DNA of 64,000 nt, taken from NCBI RefSeq assembly GCF_002105155.1, contig NW_019028979.1, positions 806,001 to 870,000 on the forward strand, given 5' to 3'. Origin of the DNA: Lobosporangium transversale (taxonomy: Eukaryota). Below the pieces are notes generated by a model. It was not told the origin of the DNA, searched no databases, and was given only the letters and a program-made list of their open reading frames with translations. The position numbers and the translations under genes were made by a program. Below are positions 24,704 through 38,372 of the stretch, piece after piece (position 1 is the stretch's first letter; every line of letters begins with the position of its first letter).

Positions 24704-26251
24704 ATGAGCGACAGTATAAATCCCTTGCATATTCCTGAGATCATTCTCCTCACAGGTGCCTTCCTCGATGTAGAAGGCCTTCTAAACTGTATTCAAGTCT
24801 CCAAGGCTTTCTACAACATACTTATTGGGCTTCTTTGGAGAAGAATCGTTATCGGACCTTCACCAGCCGAATATCCTTCTAGAGAAGTACTGCAGAAATA
24901 CAAGGGGCACATTGAGGAGATTGTGTTTATAAACAACTTCCCTAAAGAGTATACGGAACTGCAAGGATGTACTCGTCTCCAGTCCATCTATTACAGGTCA
25001 AGGCTTCGTATGGCGATTGGATCAGATTGCCTATTAAAACTTTCCAATCTCATCAAGGCACACCATCCCACTATCACCAGTATTTATTTCCACGCATTTC
25101 AAAGTTCACATGGGCTCTGGAAGGCACTACTGGAATGCACCAACCTCAATATATTGAAGGCTTGTAATACGAGTATAAAGGATGGGGTCGATCTATTTCT
25201 TCAAGTCTGCAAGAAACTGAGACATTTGACCTTGGAAGATGTAGCCATACATCAGCTGCCTGCCAACTTTCTAAGTAATGAGGCCAACGAATATTCCCTC
25301 CCAAATATGCACACACTGTGTATTGAGAGGGTCAAGATAGCCGGCCCTCCCAAACCGTACACCAGCTGGTATTGCCTTGGGACGTTGGTTAAGAGATGTC
25401 CAGTATTGTGTGAACTGATTGTTGACGACAGCTACGAGCAATATCATCAAGCGGACTTCTACAGAGCAATACTCCTTCAGCATCCCTGGGCTCTAAATAG
25501 TTTATCAGCGCTGAGTTTGCATAATATGACAATAGAGGACAAGGATATGGCAGCACTTCTTGGTCGTATGACTGGATTACGACAGCTATCCTCCCTAAAA
25601 TGCGAATTCGGCCAGTTCTCTTTACAGGAGCTACTAGCAGACAAGCAAGAGATACTGGATGATGGGGAAATAGTACAAAAGGCAAGGCTTCAGAGACTCT
25701 GTGAGACACTTGAAATATTGGTGCTCTATACATACAATGCCGGCATTGGTCAAGCTGTGTTGTCAAGTTGCCCACGGCTGAAAGAACTAGAGGGACCTAA
25801 AATTACAGTGACAGAGATTGTCAATGGAGCAGAATGGGTATGCACAGGACTGACTGATTTGACTATCATTCTTGAGGCAGACGTTGATCAAGAGACTAAA
25901 GAAGGCATGGCAAAGACGCGCCTTGCGTTTAGACAACTAGGCAGGTTAACTAAGCTACGATCGCTTGCCCTACTAGATAGCTATTCGTGGAATGAAGCTA
26001 GATCGGTGCTGAACTTGAGGCTAAAGACAGGTCTAGATGAACTAGCCAATCTGAAGAGTCTACGCTCACTAAGGTTAGAAGACGATAAATACTGGCAAAT
26101 ACAACTTGAGGAAGCGACATGGATGGTGAACAATTGGCCAAGTATCAAATTCGTGGGTAGCGATCTGAGCGATGAGGAAGCTGAACCTAATTTGGCGATG
26201 GAGTTCCTAAAGTCGCACAACATATCCAATATCTGGGAGGACATGGATTAA
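24704..26251 (+). CDS. F-box/LRR family copy 3 (intact, 515 aa)
   Basis: MSDSINPLHIPEIILLTGAFLDVEGLLNCIQVSKAF...LNLRLKTGLDELANLKSL...WMVNNWPSIK; uninterrupted ORF. Confidence 0.85.
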   Translation: MSDSINPLHIPEIILLTGAFLDVEGLLNCIQVSKAFYNILIGLLWRRIVIGPSPAEYPSREVLQKYKGHIEEIVFINNFPKEYTELQGCTRLQSIYYRSRLRMAIGSDCLLKLSNLIKAHHPTITSIYFHAFQSSHGLWKALLECTNLNILKACNTSIKDGVDLFLQVCKKLRHLTLEDVAIHQLPANFLSNEANEYSLPNMHTLCIERVKIAGPPKPYTSWYCLGTLVKRCPVLCELIVDDSYEQYHQADFYRAILLQHPWALNSLSALSLHNMTIEDKDMAALLGRMTGLRQLSSLKCEFGQFSLQELLADKQEILDDGEIVQKARLQRLCETLEILVLYTYNAGIGQAVLSSCPRLKELEGPKITVTEIVNGAEWVCTGLTDLTIILEADVDQETKEGMAKTRLAFRQLGRLTKLRSLALLDSYSWNEARSVLNLRLKTGLDELANLKSLRSLRLEDDKYWQIQLEEATWMVNNWPSIKFVGSDLSDEEAEPNLAMEFLKSHNISNIWEDMD

Positions 26252-26749
26252 AGAAGAAGGGGAAAGCATTGTCATACCATAACCTGATATAGAGGATACA
26301 GATCTTGGGCATGGGACTTTTAGTGCATGCCTACTTCATGATCGTCAAATGATTTAAATGATGTTGGTTATAAGAGTCACTATAGTAATAAAAACAAATA
26401 CAAAGCATTGCACATTGCCGAAAGTGGAGGATGGTTCCTTAACTAAAAGAGCCAGTGCAATCTTCGTTTGTGTAAACTTTTTATCTTTTTTTTACGGCTG
26501 CCTCAACGAGTTGCACAGCTATTTCACTTGCTACAGGAGATGTGGTTAAGCTGAAGAGTTAAGTATTTCTCTAAATGGCTTCATCCACAGTCTGAGCATT
26601 GATAGATAGATCTCAATGATTTTCAGAAGGTCACTATCATTATTGTCAAGCTTCTCTTTGTCATTTTCGATACCAAATTATACTTCTTCAACCGTATTGG
26701 CATTTTGAATGTGTAAGATGCTTGGTATTTTTTGATATCTATAAGTGCC

Positions 26750-27100
26750 TACTCCATATTCCCGCGCTTAATGAATTGAAGGTCAAGTATCTAGATCTAA
26801 AAGGCACCATGAACCATACCCATGTCTGCATAAGATGATAGGGAGCTGAGGCCATGAAGCTGAATTACAATGCTCCCCAGTTCGACAACTATCGATAGTT
26901 GGTTGAGAGGATAGAGAACTGGGTTGAGGAGATAGTGCATGAGCAAGATAGACTTCCCTCAAGTTGAGAAGACTCGCAAAATGAGTATAGTAACTAAAGG
27001 TTTGAAAGGTGTGGAAAGACATAGCAGGCGAATACTGGACAGCGAGTGATATGCTGTTGCAAATAAAGGTTGTGCTATTCATTCGCTGCTGCATAGACGA
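26750..27100 (+). pseudogene. Second-type F-box-like relic, copy b
   Basis: LLHIPALNELKVKYLDLKGTMNHTHVCIR**GAEAMKLNYNAPQF; colinear with 22621-23000. Confidence 0.55.
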
Positions 27101-28272
27101 GTTGTGAATGACCGAGCTATACGAGCGTTGCTTGTATAGTAGCGATGAAAGTAGCATAGCCATGGAAAAAAATAGGTTGTTAGATATTGCAGACATAACC
27201 AAGTGGCAGATGTACTTTCGAGTAAAATGATATTGCAGCTTATTTTTGCCTCTCTGGCAATTTTTTGTGCAAATGCATCAAACAAGTTTATTTAAAAGTG
27301 CTAATGAAAGGTTTTCCGGGTGTCGGTAGTGTTTATGGGGGACGAGCGAGTCATGTTTTTGTTATAGCAGTTTTGATACATGACAGATTTTCAGTGACAA
27401 TTGATCCGGCGCCATAATCATTGATTTTTGTGTACAGGATGTCGATGTCATTGGGCAATGATTAAAGAGCCTAGGTGGTTACACATCGGTAGAATAGACC
27501 TTTTATTTCTGAAAGGTGGTCAGTTATACGCGGCCTTTTTGTTGTAGAGTATGACGCTTGTTATTAAGCTGTACTATCCAAGCATATGGCTGTCATAGAT
27601 CTCAGCCGTCAGTTGACTTATAATTCATTCTTTGAAGGTTGATTAAAGGATGAAAAGTGGGAAGGGGATCGTAGACAAGGATTAAGCATTTGCCTGTTAT
27701 ACCTTTCTTCATCTTCGAACCTGCTGCTGATATCGTTCTAAAGTTACTTCAACTTGAACAAGTCTGTATTTTTTAGAGGCGAAGCTTCGTCAGCCTTTTT
27801 TTTTCTTATTATTTTCGTTTTGTTGCTACTGATTATAGATGACATGAATAATGGAGTGCCGCAGGCCATGTCAAGCTATTCACAATATGATATTCAGAAC
27901 ATTAGGTGCCATTGGTCTAAATGAAATGAGAAAAAAAAAAAAATGTTTAATACAATCCAAAATCCTTTTGTCCAGTGTACATCTGCTTTAGCAAAACCAG
28001 CACTTCGCACGAGTAGATGGAGAAGCGGCTGTTGCAGTGGCGTTTAAAGCTGATTTCTTACAGCTGTTACAATAAGTTATAAGTTTGGTCCTTCAAAAGA
28101 CAAGAATTCTCACGTAACGATCATTGGTTCTATGCAAACGAACAATATAAACCTTATTAGACTTGGATGGATTGGTGGCGGGATTGCACGTAATCATCAT
28201 ATCCAATTAAAAAAACTTTAAAAAGGATTCAAATCTGCATTTCCATGCTTCCACCACCATCATTTTCACCAC

Positions 28273-28480
28273 ATGAACAGCATTAAAATAAATCCCTTGA
28301 ATATTCCAGAGATTATCTTAATTGTTTCTGACTTTCTCGACCAAAGGAAACTTCTAAACTGTGTCCGTGTCTCCAAGCTTTCATAGTGTACTTATCAAGT
28401 TCACATGGAGAAAAATCACTGTCAGGCCATTCAGATATCCTACTGGCAAAGCACTGGGGAAGTACAGGAAATACATTAAT
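28273..28480 (+). pseudogene. F-box/LRR family copy 4 (N-terminal fragment, frameshifted)
   Basis: MNSIKINPLNIPEIILIVSDFLDQRKLLNCVRVSK/FHSVLIKFTWRKITVRPFRYPTGKALGKYRKYI, after which homology ends. Confidence 0.8.
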
Positions 28481-28787
28481 ATCGATGGATAGTCTGCTTT
28501 TACATCTTTTTTATGAATATTATGAGCCCAGTACCTCAAAGGAAGGTTATTTTACTTGTACTTGTCCAAGTCTACAGGCATTCGAATTTTTGTATTGAGG
28601 CATTGTTTGAGCACCAGTGGTGGTCATTAGAACATTAGAGATGAGCGCGAGTCATCGTTTTTGTAAGAACAATTATTGTTACAGGTCGGATCCTGAGCTT
28701 TATTTGATCAAGTGCTATTTACACAATAATCGAGTTTTTTTTTTTATTTTTATTTTTATTTTTATTTTTTATTTTTTATTTTTTTAT

Positions 28788-30605
28788 TTAATTCCGCAGC
28801 CTCCAATGAGATTTAGCTTCATCCTCTCGAATGGCCTTGGGACCTGCGATTTCCACAAGTGTTCGCTTCAAGGCTGTGAATACCTTTCCGATCTCATCAG
28901 CATCTTCATCCACTAACTTGAATAGCTTTAGATCGTCCGCTTGAGTTTGGCCCTTCTCCTTTCTTGCCTTGGCTAAGGCACGTTGTGCCTCTTCAATCTG
29001 TGATTTTTCCTTTGAAGCAGCGTTATAATCGTTGTTAAGGATGGCTTGAGTCACAGGTGCCCAAAGTTTAAGCGATTCCAATGGTCCCATCTGATCCAGT
29101 GGCTTCAGTTCCGGCGGAATAGCTTTATCAGTTTGAGCATCAAAGAAAGGTTGACCGGTGCTAAGATGATTACTCTTGTTATCCTTTTTGATGCTTTTTC
29201 CAATTTCATTCCCAATAGCTCTGTTTCCGTTTCTATTACAAGTGCTTAAAGTAGATACTTTGCTCCAGACACCTTGAGCTTTATAAAACGGGTCCTCGTT
29301 TTCTTCGATGGGTCTCAATATAGCCTCAAAGTGATTACGTTCGCCTGAAAAGAATCCCTTTGAGCTATACTCGATTGTGGTGATGTGCCCTACACTGCTA
29401 ATAATATAACTAGATCCAGCCAACTCAAGGGTTGGTCTTCCTGTGATGATCCCACGGATATGGAGTGTAGGAAGGGTAATCAGATAAGTCTCATTGAATT
29501 TTGGAAGTGTCACGATGGCATGGCCTGTTTGAGAGACATTAATTCCTGCGGGCATAGCAAAATGTGATTTCTGACCGCATTGTCCCTCTAAAATGACGCC
29601 TGCTGTTTTGTTTTCTAAATGAAAGGCCATAATCTGTGTAATTTGGGATAAACAAATACCCATGTTAAAAAATTAAGTTTGACGTCTGCGTAGAACAATT
29701 GACCCTCAAATAAACAAACGCGTTCCCATTCCACGGCTATTTTGTAATAGTCATTTTGGAAGGGAAAAAAAAAAAAAGAAAGAAAAAAAGCTTACAGGAG
29801 GGTGATGGCTGACTTGTTCAGCTTTTAGAAAAAGATCCCCAGTCTCTTGATCTCCTGTCCACTGAGCAAAGTATTGTTCACCCAAAATGGGATTATAGGG
29901 TTTCTTTTCCATGCCTGAAGCCGTGGATCGAGATGAATAAGAACTGTAGAGCGTTGAGATGAACCAACGTGTGCAACTCAGCAGACGATCCTCAGGTGTA
30001 GTCCCTGAAGAGATGGATGCAAACAGTTTGGGATGGTCACCCCAATATTGGCTACAGTATAGGAAAAAAAAAAAGTCAAACATATTTCAGAAACCCAATC
30101 TAAAAGCAGCAACAACTGCTGCGCAGATGTCTTTGTCTACAATGAAAAGAATGAATTGGAAGGATAGGTCCTTCTCTCCTCCCTCTCCCTCTTCCTCTGT
30201 CATTACCGTCTCTTTTACAGAGTAAAGCAAAGGACTTTTTTTTCTTCTTAAATATTTACCCTTAAAGTTGTCAAATATGAAGATGAGAAATAAAGATGTG
30301 AGACAATTTTTTTTTTGCACCATCTACCACAAACACGAATCCGAAGATGTGGATTCTGGGCACCATCTGTTTCTTTTAATTGGAAGTGAAAAAAGGGGAA
30401 GGATAAATAGGTAATAATATATAATAATAACAATAGTAACCTGCCTATATTCGAGCAAGCTGACAGAGCTCAAGAGAAAACTAGGACATGTCAATGCAGA
30501 GAGGTCTCCAGAGAAACTAGCAAGAGTAGTGATGAAACTGCGGAGGGTATCCTTATGAGCAGCAGGAGCTTCTCCCATAGAGGTATTGTCACTGGATTGT
30601 CTCAT
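28788..30605 (-). CDS. Oxysterol-binding protein, short Osh4/Kes1-like; 3 exons
   Basis: LASFSGDLSALTCPSFLLSSVSLLEY|SQYWGDHPKLF, KKPYNPILGE and the OSBP fingerprint EQVSHHPP. Exons 30445-30605, ~29796-30051 and 28788-~29633. Confidence 0.93.
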
Positions 30606-32187
30606 GATGTCCTTGATTGAGTAATATGTTTTGTATAAAGTACAGTTCAAATTTAAAATGTTTTTTATAAAAGAAAAAAGAGAATAAAAAAATAAAAATA
30701 CAAATAAAAAACTGAAAGGAGAGAATAGTGGAGAGAGTGTGTGCGGAGTGGGATAGATCAAAGCAGAAGAGCTTGGAAGGGGTTGACAAAGTTGAACATT
30801 AAAAAAAAAAAAAAGAGAAAAGAGGCAAAAGTGAGAGTGAAAGAAAAAAAAGATGTCTTTTTAAAACAAGACTGTTAAACGCATCATTACATTGCAATCA
30901 TAAAATTATTTGTTCACAGCCAATGTGTGTGTGTAAATGCTACAAAATAAAATAATCAAATATGAGGTTTAGTGGCATACATGAAGCAAGTACAGCAAGA
31001 TCCTGCTGACTACCATCCATCATCCGATTACAGCGAATAGGCTGCATAATGCGTTGTTGCTGATTGTTATTGATATTGTGCATGATTTGCTCTAGTTCTC
31101 TTCCTCTTTCCAATCCAAGGTGTTCACACTTGGCAAAGTCGAGTTGCAATCGGGTAATACTTTTATTCTTTTCACACTCCAGTTCCACCCCGTGGCTCCT
31201 CGTGCCTATTGTCTCAGGTTGGTATACGGTTGGCTGTCTCGGCTAATTGGATGCACTTCACACTTTATAGGCTTAAACAAGCTCTTGTTGCTTCTTTGAA
31301 GCAATAGGCTGTCTCTTCTCTTCTCTTAGCAAATTTCAACCATTTCTTTGGAGCCAAGACCATGACACGGACTAGATCGACTATAATGTGTAGTAAAAAT
31401 TGCATCTATTCTACTCAGGATTCTGTTCTTCAACGTTTCCTCATCGTCGCCAAAATTCGTACTATTCTATAGTGAGTTTGCATCTTTCCAGACTTTCTGC
31501 ATGTAAAACGATCTTGTCCTTGATCGATTTTGCTTTTAGATCTAACCTGATTCCTACCATCTCTACATCGTGGGACCTCACGAATCCATACATTCAAAGG
31601 CTTCTTTTTTAACCTTCTTGTAATACATCTTGACTAAAACTGTAGTTGCTTCCAAGTCTGATTTCAAGTACTGCTAGGTTGTGCAAACGACAAAGCAAGC
31701 AACGCAATAGTAAATGTAATATCTTGCATCGAAACATTCCTAAGAGCCGGTGGCGTTTTTATCGTGACTATGGTCATGAGCTAATTTTTGAATTGGCATC
31801 ATTCTGATTCCCTGTTGCTGTTCTGAGACCAACCCCTTAAATCCCATAATGGGCTCCATAATCAACACCATATTTGTAACAATGCGTTTCATTCTCACAT
31901 TCACACATTCACATTCACACACATTCACATTGACAGGTCCGAAACATGAGTTTTAATTAAAACTCAGTGACACTCGGTCTCATAGCACATTTCGCAACAC
32001 TTGCTCATTTTCCTTTCATTCTTTTTATCGTGTACACGACAGAAAAACACCTTGGGTACCAGTCTTCTTCATCCTAATATCTTTGATATAACAACAACTG
32101 TTACTATCACTCTAGTTGCAACGGCAATAGCTAGTTCGGATTAAAGAATTTTTTGTTCCATTTTATCATTTTTTCCACGCGTCATCA

Positions 32188-33865
32188 ATGAATACTGCCA
32201 CAGCAACTGCAGCAACGGCTGCAGCAGCCAAAATCCCAACATCAGCATTCATTATCGGAACGCGGACATTGTCGGCGACGACATCTCTCGGACTTTCCTC
32301 TACTTTTTCTTTTTCTCTCTTCCATGGATATAGAAATGGGTCCGGACTTTGTTCTCGACTTGAAAAAGCTACTATTCCTTGGTTTCAGGGACGATCCTCA
32401 CAGCATCCATCGCTCCCTTCTCAAAAAAATCAACAACAACGGTTATTGCAGCCATCTTTACATCATCAACGATTGGGCACAGCCACATTTTCAACCTCAA
32501 GTATGACTTGTCGGTCTTCACTATCAAAAGAAGAGGAAGATCTTTACCAGGTACTTGAAGAAAAAAAAAAAATGTAATACAGTATATTTTTTTATGATCA
32601 ATCAAAAGCAGTAGCATTGACATCATTACATAATATCATTTTTTTATTTTATTTTTCATCTTTTAATTCCTTCAAAGGCACTTACAGTATCATTCAGGAC
32701 CCGATTAGCGGAACAAATTCATAAACCCGAAGATGAATACAAAGCAGTGATTGAACATTGGACAGCTCATTCACAGAAGGATGCTCTAAGTCGTCAGCGG
32801 ACACGGGCTCTAAAGGAACGACTGGCAGCAGCGATCAAACACAAAGATTTAGGTTGGATCCAAAAGGAACAAGAGCGGCTAGAATTGGAGGCTAACGGGA
32901 CTGCGGATGACTATTTCTACATTATTCAAGCATGGATCAAATGTGGCGAACTTAAACGAGCCACCATGACGTTTGAAAAGATGGAGGCCATGCCAAGTAT
33001 TCCAATGACTTCGCGAATATTGGCAGCTATGACAAGGGCACATGCTCGAGCAGGAACAGGGGCAGGAGCAGAAGCAGGCAGCTTGGCAATTGCAGGGACG
33101 ATGGTTCAAAAGATGAAGGATTTAAACTTGCAACCGACCTCGATATATGACGCTAGTGCAGTCTTGGAGTATTATATCAAAATGGCACCAGCCTTGACAT
33201 CATCTTTATCAGAATCAGTCTCAATAACAACCTCAGTAACAGCAACGCGGGAGTCCGATCCAAATCATCAGCAAGTGGAGGCAGTCTGGAAGACAATAGA
33301 GCCTCAGGTACGACTGACAATCTCAACAGCCGCCAACAACAATGCCTCTTACTCTTACAGGATTTATCTACTGTATTTGGTCGGTCGAGCCCATGATCTA
33401 GAACGAGCTGCAGAACTGATCGACACCATGACGAGCCGAAATGTGTCTCCTGAGCTTGAAAAGTATCCCAAGACAGCTGTGAATGTGATTCAACAATTAT
33501 GTCAACATGGTTACTTGACAGAGGTTCAACAATTGTTGGATCAAAAGGAGGCAGCTTTAGCCAAAGTGCTCCCACAGTTGACATGGAGTCATTTAATGGA
33601 GGCTTGTATGGCTCGAGGAGAGGATCAAAAAGCGAGATGGGTATATAATGATATGATTCGGTATGGAATTCAACCGAACAGTCGATGTAAAAAGCTATTT
33701 TCGGATCTGCAAGTAAAAGGGGGCACAGTAGATCGAGGAAGGCCTGATGTAGCGGGGATATCGTTAGGATCGGGATCAGGCATTGAATCAACAGCAACAA
33801 GGAAGTCTGATGCAGAAATTCTGAACATTCTGTTCAATCGACAGTCAAAACCTGCGCTATCATGA
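32188..33865 (+). CDS. Pentatricopeptide-repeat (PPR) protein, probably mitochondrial; 2 exons
   Basis: The N-terminus is S/T/R-rich and presequence-like. An intron at 32551-32677 joins in frame. PPR-like units: DYFYIIQAWIKCGELKRATMTFEKM and TWSHLMEACMARGEDQKARWVYNDMIRYGIQPN. Confidence 0.75.
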
Positions 33866-34281
33866 AAGCGTTTCTTTTCCTCCGCCTGCACTCTCATTAT
33901 CTCTTTCTTTTATATATTTTTTATACACATTACTTATCTAGATCCTTTATTATCTTTTTAACATCTGGATGGGGGCACAAATCGCGATTGTGCACTCTCT
34001 CCCTTTCCTTTGTTTGTACTTTTAAGAAATAAACAAGTAAAAAAAATGGGGCGAACTGTTCTGTTTTTTTTTTTTTTTCTTTTTTTTTTTATCAAATGCA
34101 ATGGTTGTACAACACACACATGAATTATAATTAACTTGTGGGCTAAGGGTGAATGAGAATGAGATTCAAACATCATTCCTTTACTTTCTTTCATCCTTTT
34201 TTTTTTTTTTTTTTTTTTTAAGTGCCTATTTTCCTTATTTTCTTTTTTTATCCAAAATCTGTACCGCTTTCTTTTCTAATA

Positions 34282-35603
34282 ATGTCGGCTGCTGATAATT
34301 CTTCAAAATCTATCAGGAAACCCAAGGTTTTGATCGTGGGTGCTGGTCTTGGTGGATTGACCCTTGGAGCCTTGTTAGAGAAGGCTGGGGTACCATATGA
34401 GATCTATGACAGGATGGCTGAGATCAGAGCTCTTGGTAAAATAAATAAGTATGAACTGATGATGAGAACCATTATTGTCTGACAACTGATTGTTGCTCTT
34501 TTTTTTTTTTTTTTTTTTTTTTTTCTACTTTTTTGACTTAGGAGCGGCACTCGGAGTGGGCGCCACAGTGGCCCCAGTGTTTAAACAGATAGGCATCTGG
34601 GATGAATTTGTGTCGCTTGGCAAAGCAATGCATACGATCGACAACTACAATGAACAACGACAATTGGAGTTCTCCATGGATTTCAGATCTATGCAAGAGA
34701 TGTAAAGAAAAACTAAAGGAATTGCATACTATCTGTTGCAATCAATCATAGTAGGGGAGAAGAGCCACCTTGCTTAATGATTACGCTCATCTTTTTCTTT
34801 ATTTCTTTCCTAGGGGAGGATCCACCAATTATATTTCTTCAAGAGCCGCAGTTCACAGCCTAATTCAGCGTCAAATTCCTGCAGAAAAGATCCATCTAAG
34901 CAAACGTCTAGTGTCCATAAAACAAACCGAGCCATTGGATGGTAACGGTGGCAGTGGCGGTATACAGATCCAGTTTGCAGATAACACAACTGCTGAAGGA
35001 GATATCCTTGTTGGAGCGGATGGAGCATATAGCAGTGTTCGGTTAAGCCTATATGAGCAGTTGCAGAAGGAGAACAAGTCGCCGCCGTCTGATAGTGCAG
35101 GTCTACCTTATAGTTGTGTATGTCTCGTCGGAAGGACTCATCCTTTGGATCCAGCAGAGTTCCCGGAGCTTGATGATCCGATCTGTAGATTCACGTCTGT
35201 GATGGCGACAGATAAGCCCTATTCGGTATGACTTGTATACAAAAATGCAGATACCGCCATACGCTTAGGGCTCGAGCACTAAAAAGAAAAAAAAAATCCC
35301 TTTCTTTTTGTAACCCAGTGGAGCATCTGGACCGTCAAGGACAATGTTTATTGCTGGGTAGTGACCCATTATCTGGACGGGGTCTCCTCCTTAGATCATA
35401 GTACATTTCAGAATGCGGAATGGGGACCCGGAGCCGCCGAATCCATGTGCAAGCATGTACGTGACTTTGCTATCCCTGGAGGGCTGAACAACTCCCTGAC
35501 CATTGGAGATTTGATTGATCGTTCACCTTTGATCTCCAAAGTCTTGCTTGAAGAAAAGGTCTTTGATACTTGGTACTCTGGACGGACCGTGCTACTTGGC
35601 GAT

Positions 35604-35644
<41 letters not shown>

Positions 35645-36421
35645 ACTGAGCGAAATATTAAGGATAATGATATCTTTCGTTATTTTCCGCTCGTTGACAG
35701 CTAAATATTTTCTGTTCTTAAATGTGAATGTACTGAATAGCTGCGCACAAGGTAAATGATCTACTCTTATGAGATTAATCAACACATCTTCATTTTTTTA
35801 TATATCCTTTCTCTGGCATTCTTTTTTTTTATTAACCATCATTATTATTTTTCTATCTCCAGGTTCACCCTGCAAGCGGTTCAGGAGCATGGAATGCTAT
35901 GCATGATGCGATTGTGTTGGCCAACTGGTTAAATGTTTTATCTTCTTCTGCATCTGTGAGCGAGATCGAGGCAGTCTTTGAAGAGTATAAGAAAGAGCGT
36001 TACCCTGTTGTTAAAATCTCCTTTGACAATGGTCGAATCTTTTCGCAAGTGATTGCGCAGGTAAGAAGAAATAAATAAACTTGCTTTTTTAGGTTCTCAA
36101 CTCTCCATAGACATTTATTTGCAAAATGGATGAGAATGATTGATGATGGCATCTTCTGAATCATACCTTTCTTTATCTTTATATATCTTCCCTCACTTCT
36201 TCTTCCTCCTCCTCTTCCCCTAGACCCTGAAGGCCAAGACTATACGCTTTATCATGAGGAATGTGCCCAACTGGCTTTGGCAGATAATGTTGACTCGGAT
36301 GGTCGAATCACGTCCGCAGCTCTCCTTTTTGAAATTGATTCAAGATAACGCCAGCGTACCTCCTCGGCATCAACCTAGTCTTGAGAGGACTTTATCCATC
36401 CTTCATGCCCAGAAAGCATAA
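34282..36421 (+). CDS. FAD-dependent monooxygenase (FAD_binding_3 / aromatic hydroxylase type); 7 exons
   Basis: VLIVGAGLGGL Rossmann motif, DILVGADGAYSSVR (DG motif) and GRTVLLGD|AAHK|VHPASGSGAWNAMHDA (GD motif, built with an 11-nt exon). Stop at 36419-36421. Confidence 0.93.
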
Positions 36422-37038
36422 GAAAAAAAAAATCATACGCACATACAAAATCAAATACATATTATACATCAATACACAAGAGCAGCCGTAACAAACAGCG
36501 AGCCTTTCTTGCATTCTTGGCTGAACAAAAAAAAAAGGACTTTACTTGGCCAAGCTCAGGCCCTTGTTGACATCGTTGTGTATATTCATTTTCGTTTGTT
36601 ACCAGGACGATTGAGATAAAGCCATTGAACTAAGTCAAATTTGGCTGAGCCGCCTTATTCTAAAGACAAGCCTAGAATTTGTGGTTGGATTTGCAGAATG
36701 ACAGACAGCGTCTAGCTACCCTCCAAACTATTTCAATCACAAGAATGTATTGCTTTTGACATTATAGAACATCTATCTTTCTATCAAGCATGTCTCCATA
36801 TCACCTTTATTTGTAAGGGAAGGCTCCAAAATGAGTATGGCAACTAAAGCCCTGAGAGGAGAGCTGAGACATAATAGGTGAGTAGGTGAATGCTGGACAG
36901 AGCTGCTGTTGACGGTTGTAAATAAATGTCTTTATACGACATCCCAGTGTGGTAAGATTGGGATCGTGAAATAGTTTCTCACTTTTGCCACCACCATCCA
37001 TTCATGTCCATATTTCATCAGTTGCATCTCTTCTCGAC

Positions 37039-38372
37039 ATTAACAGCCTTTTGAAGGCTCCGCAAATACTTTCACTTGTTGGCGACTTCCTCGAGCGAAA
37101 TGAGGTTCTAAACTGTATCTGTGTTTGCAAGACATTTCACCTTAATCTTATCAAGTTCATCTGGAGAGAATCATTGTCCCTCCAAAACTCCGTATATCGC
37201 CGCTACCCTGCTGGCGAAGTACTCATGACCTACAAGGTATACATTGAGAAGCTTAGATTCAAAGTACCCATCCTTCCAATTGAGCATTAGTCATTGCAGG
37301 GATGTACCCGCCTTCCGCCCATCATATCCGAGGGACTACAGTACAGAGCAGCAGGCGTCTTGGAATTAATCAAGACTCACAATTCCACCATCACCAGGTT
37401 TTGTATAAGAAGCATCCAAACCTTATGTGGAGCCTGAGTGGCGCTACTTGGTTGTACCAACCTTAACCGGAAGTCTCTGGCACTGATATAGGTGATGGAG
37501 TTGATACTCTCCTTCAAGTTTGCAAAAAACTTCGACTCTTGAGCTTGGAAAGTACATTCATACAGCGGCTACCCATCGGCTTCCAGAATAGCGAAACCAT
37601 CGAATACAATTCCCCAATATATGCACACTATATATTGACAAAGTTTGGATGAAGGACCCCCCACATCCGTACACACCATCATATTGCCTTGGCATGTTAG
37701 TGAGGAGATGTTCAGGATTGGTTGCATTTGTAGTCGCCTCCAGTTAATCGGAGTCTATGGTTTAATATTACCTGAACCGATTTACTTTTGAATTTGCTCA
37801 AGGCACATAACTCTATCATTACCAAGGTTACCCTAGAAGATGCTCAAAGCCCACAAAAGCTCTAGTTGAGACACTGTTGCTCGATGAACGAAGCATTGGG
37901 ACTGACGGTATTGTTCAACAGATTCTGTCTAATTGCCACAACTAAAGCAGCTGAGTAAACTTAGAATCAAGCTGACAGAGATTACCGATGGAGCAAAATG
38001 GGCATACAATGGATTGACGAGTTTGATGATCAGAGGGCTGAAGAAAGCATGGTGAAGACGCGCGTTGTGTATAAACAGCTAGGTTAATTGATTCAGCTAT
38101 GTTCTCTTAGCCTGAGAGTGTGGGACACAAGGAAAACGAATGCTGAACTTCAGATTAAGAGTAGGTCTGGATGAACTAGCTGACCTGAAGAGTCTTTGTT
38201 TCCACGAAAACTGTCACCAGCCAACGCAGCTTGAGGATGCGATGTGGATTGTGAACAATTGATCAAGTATCAGATACTTGTATGGTCGTGTGTGCCAAGT
38301 GCTTGGTGGAGACGAAAAACTTTGGTGCATGAGTCTCTCAAGTCGCATAATATATACTTTGGCCGATAGTCT
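37039..38372 (+). pseudogene. F-box/LRR family copy 5 (start codon lost, many stops and frameshifts, internal deletions)
   Basis: PQILSLVGDFLERNEVLNCICVCKTFH...PHPYTPSYCLGMLVRRC...GLDELADLKSL...EDAMWIVNN*; the ATG position reads ATT. Confidence 0.85.

Noticed and set aside
28520..28620. YFTCTCPSLQAFEFL, a SWIM/MULE-like hint
   Set aside because: The second C/H ligands are missing and no other transposase sequence was found.
30940..31730. Minus-strand coiled-coil-like fragments
   Set aside because: Multiple stops and no family assignable; possibly a pseudogene but unsupported.
33177..33800. 207-aa minus-strand ORF and the recurring antisense ORFs inside F-box genes
   Set aside because: Antisense to well-supported genes; their recurrence reflects paralogy of the sense strand.
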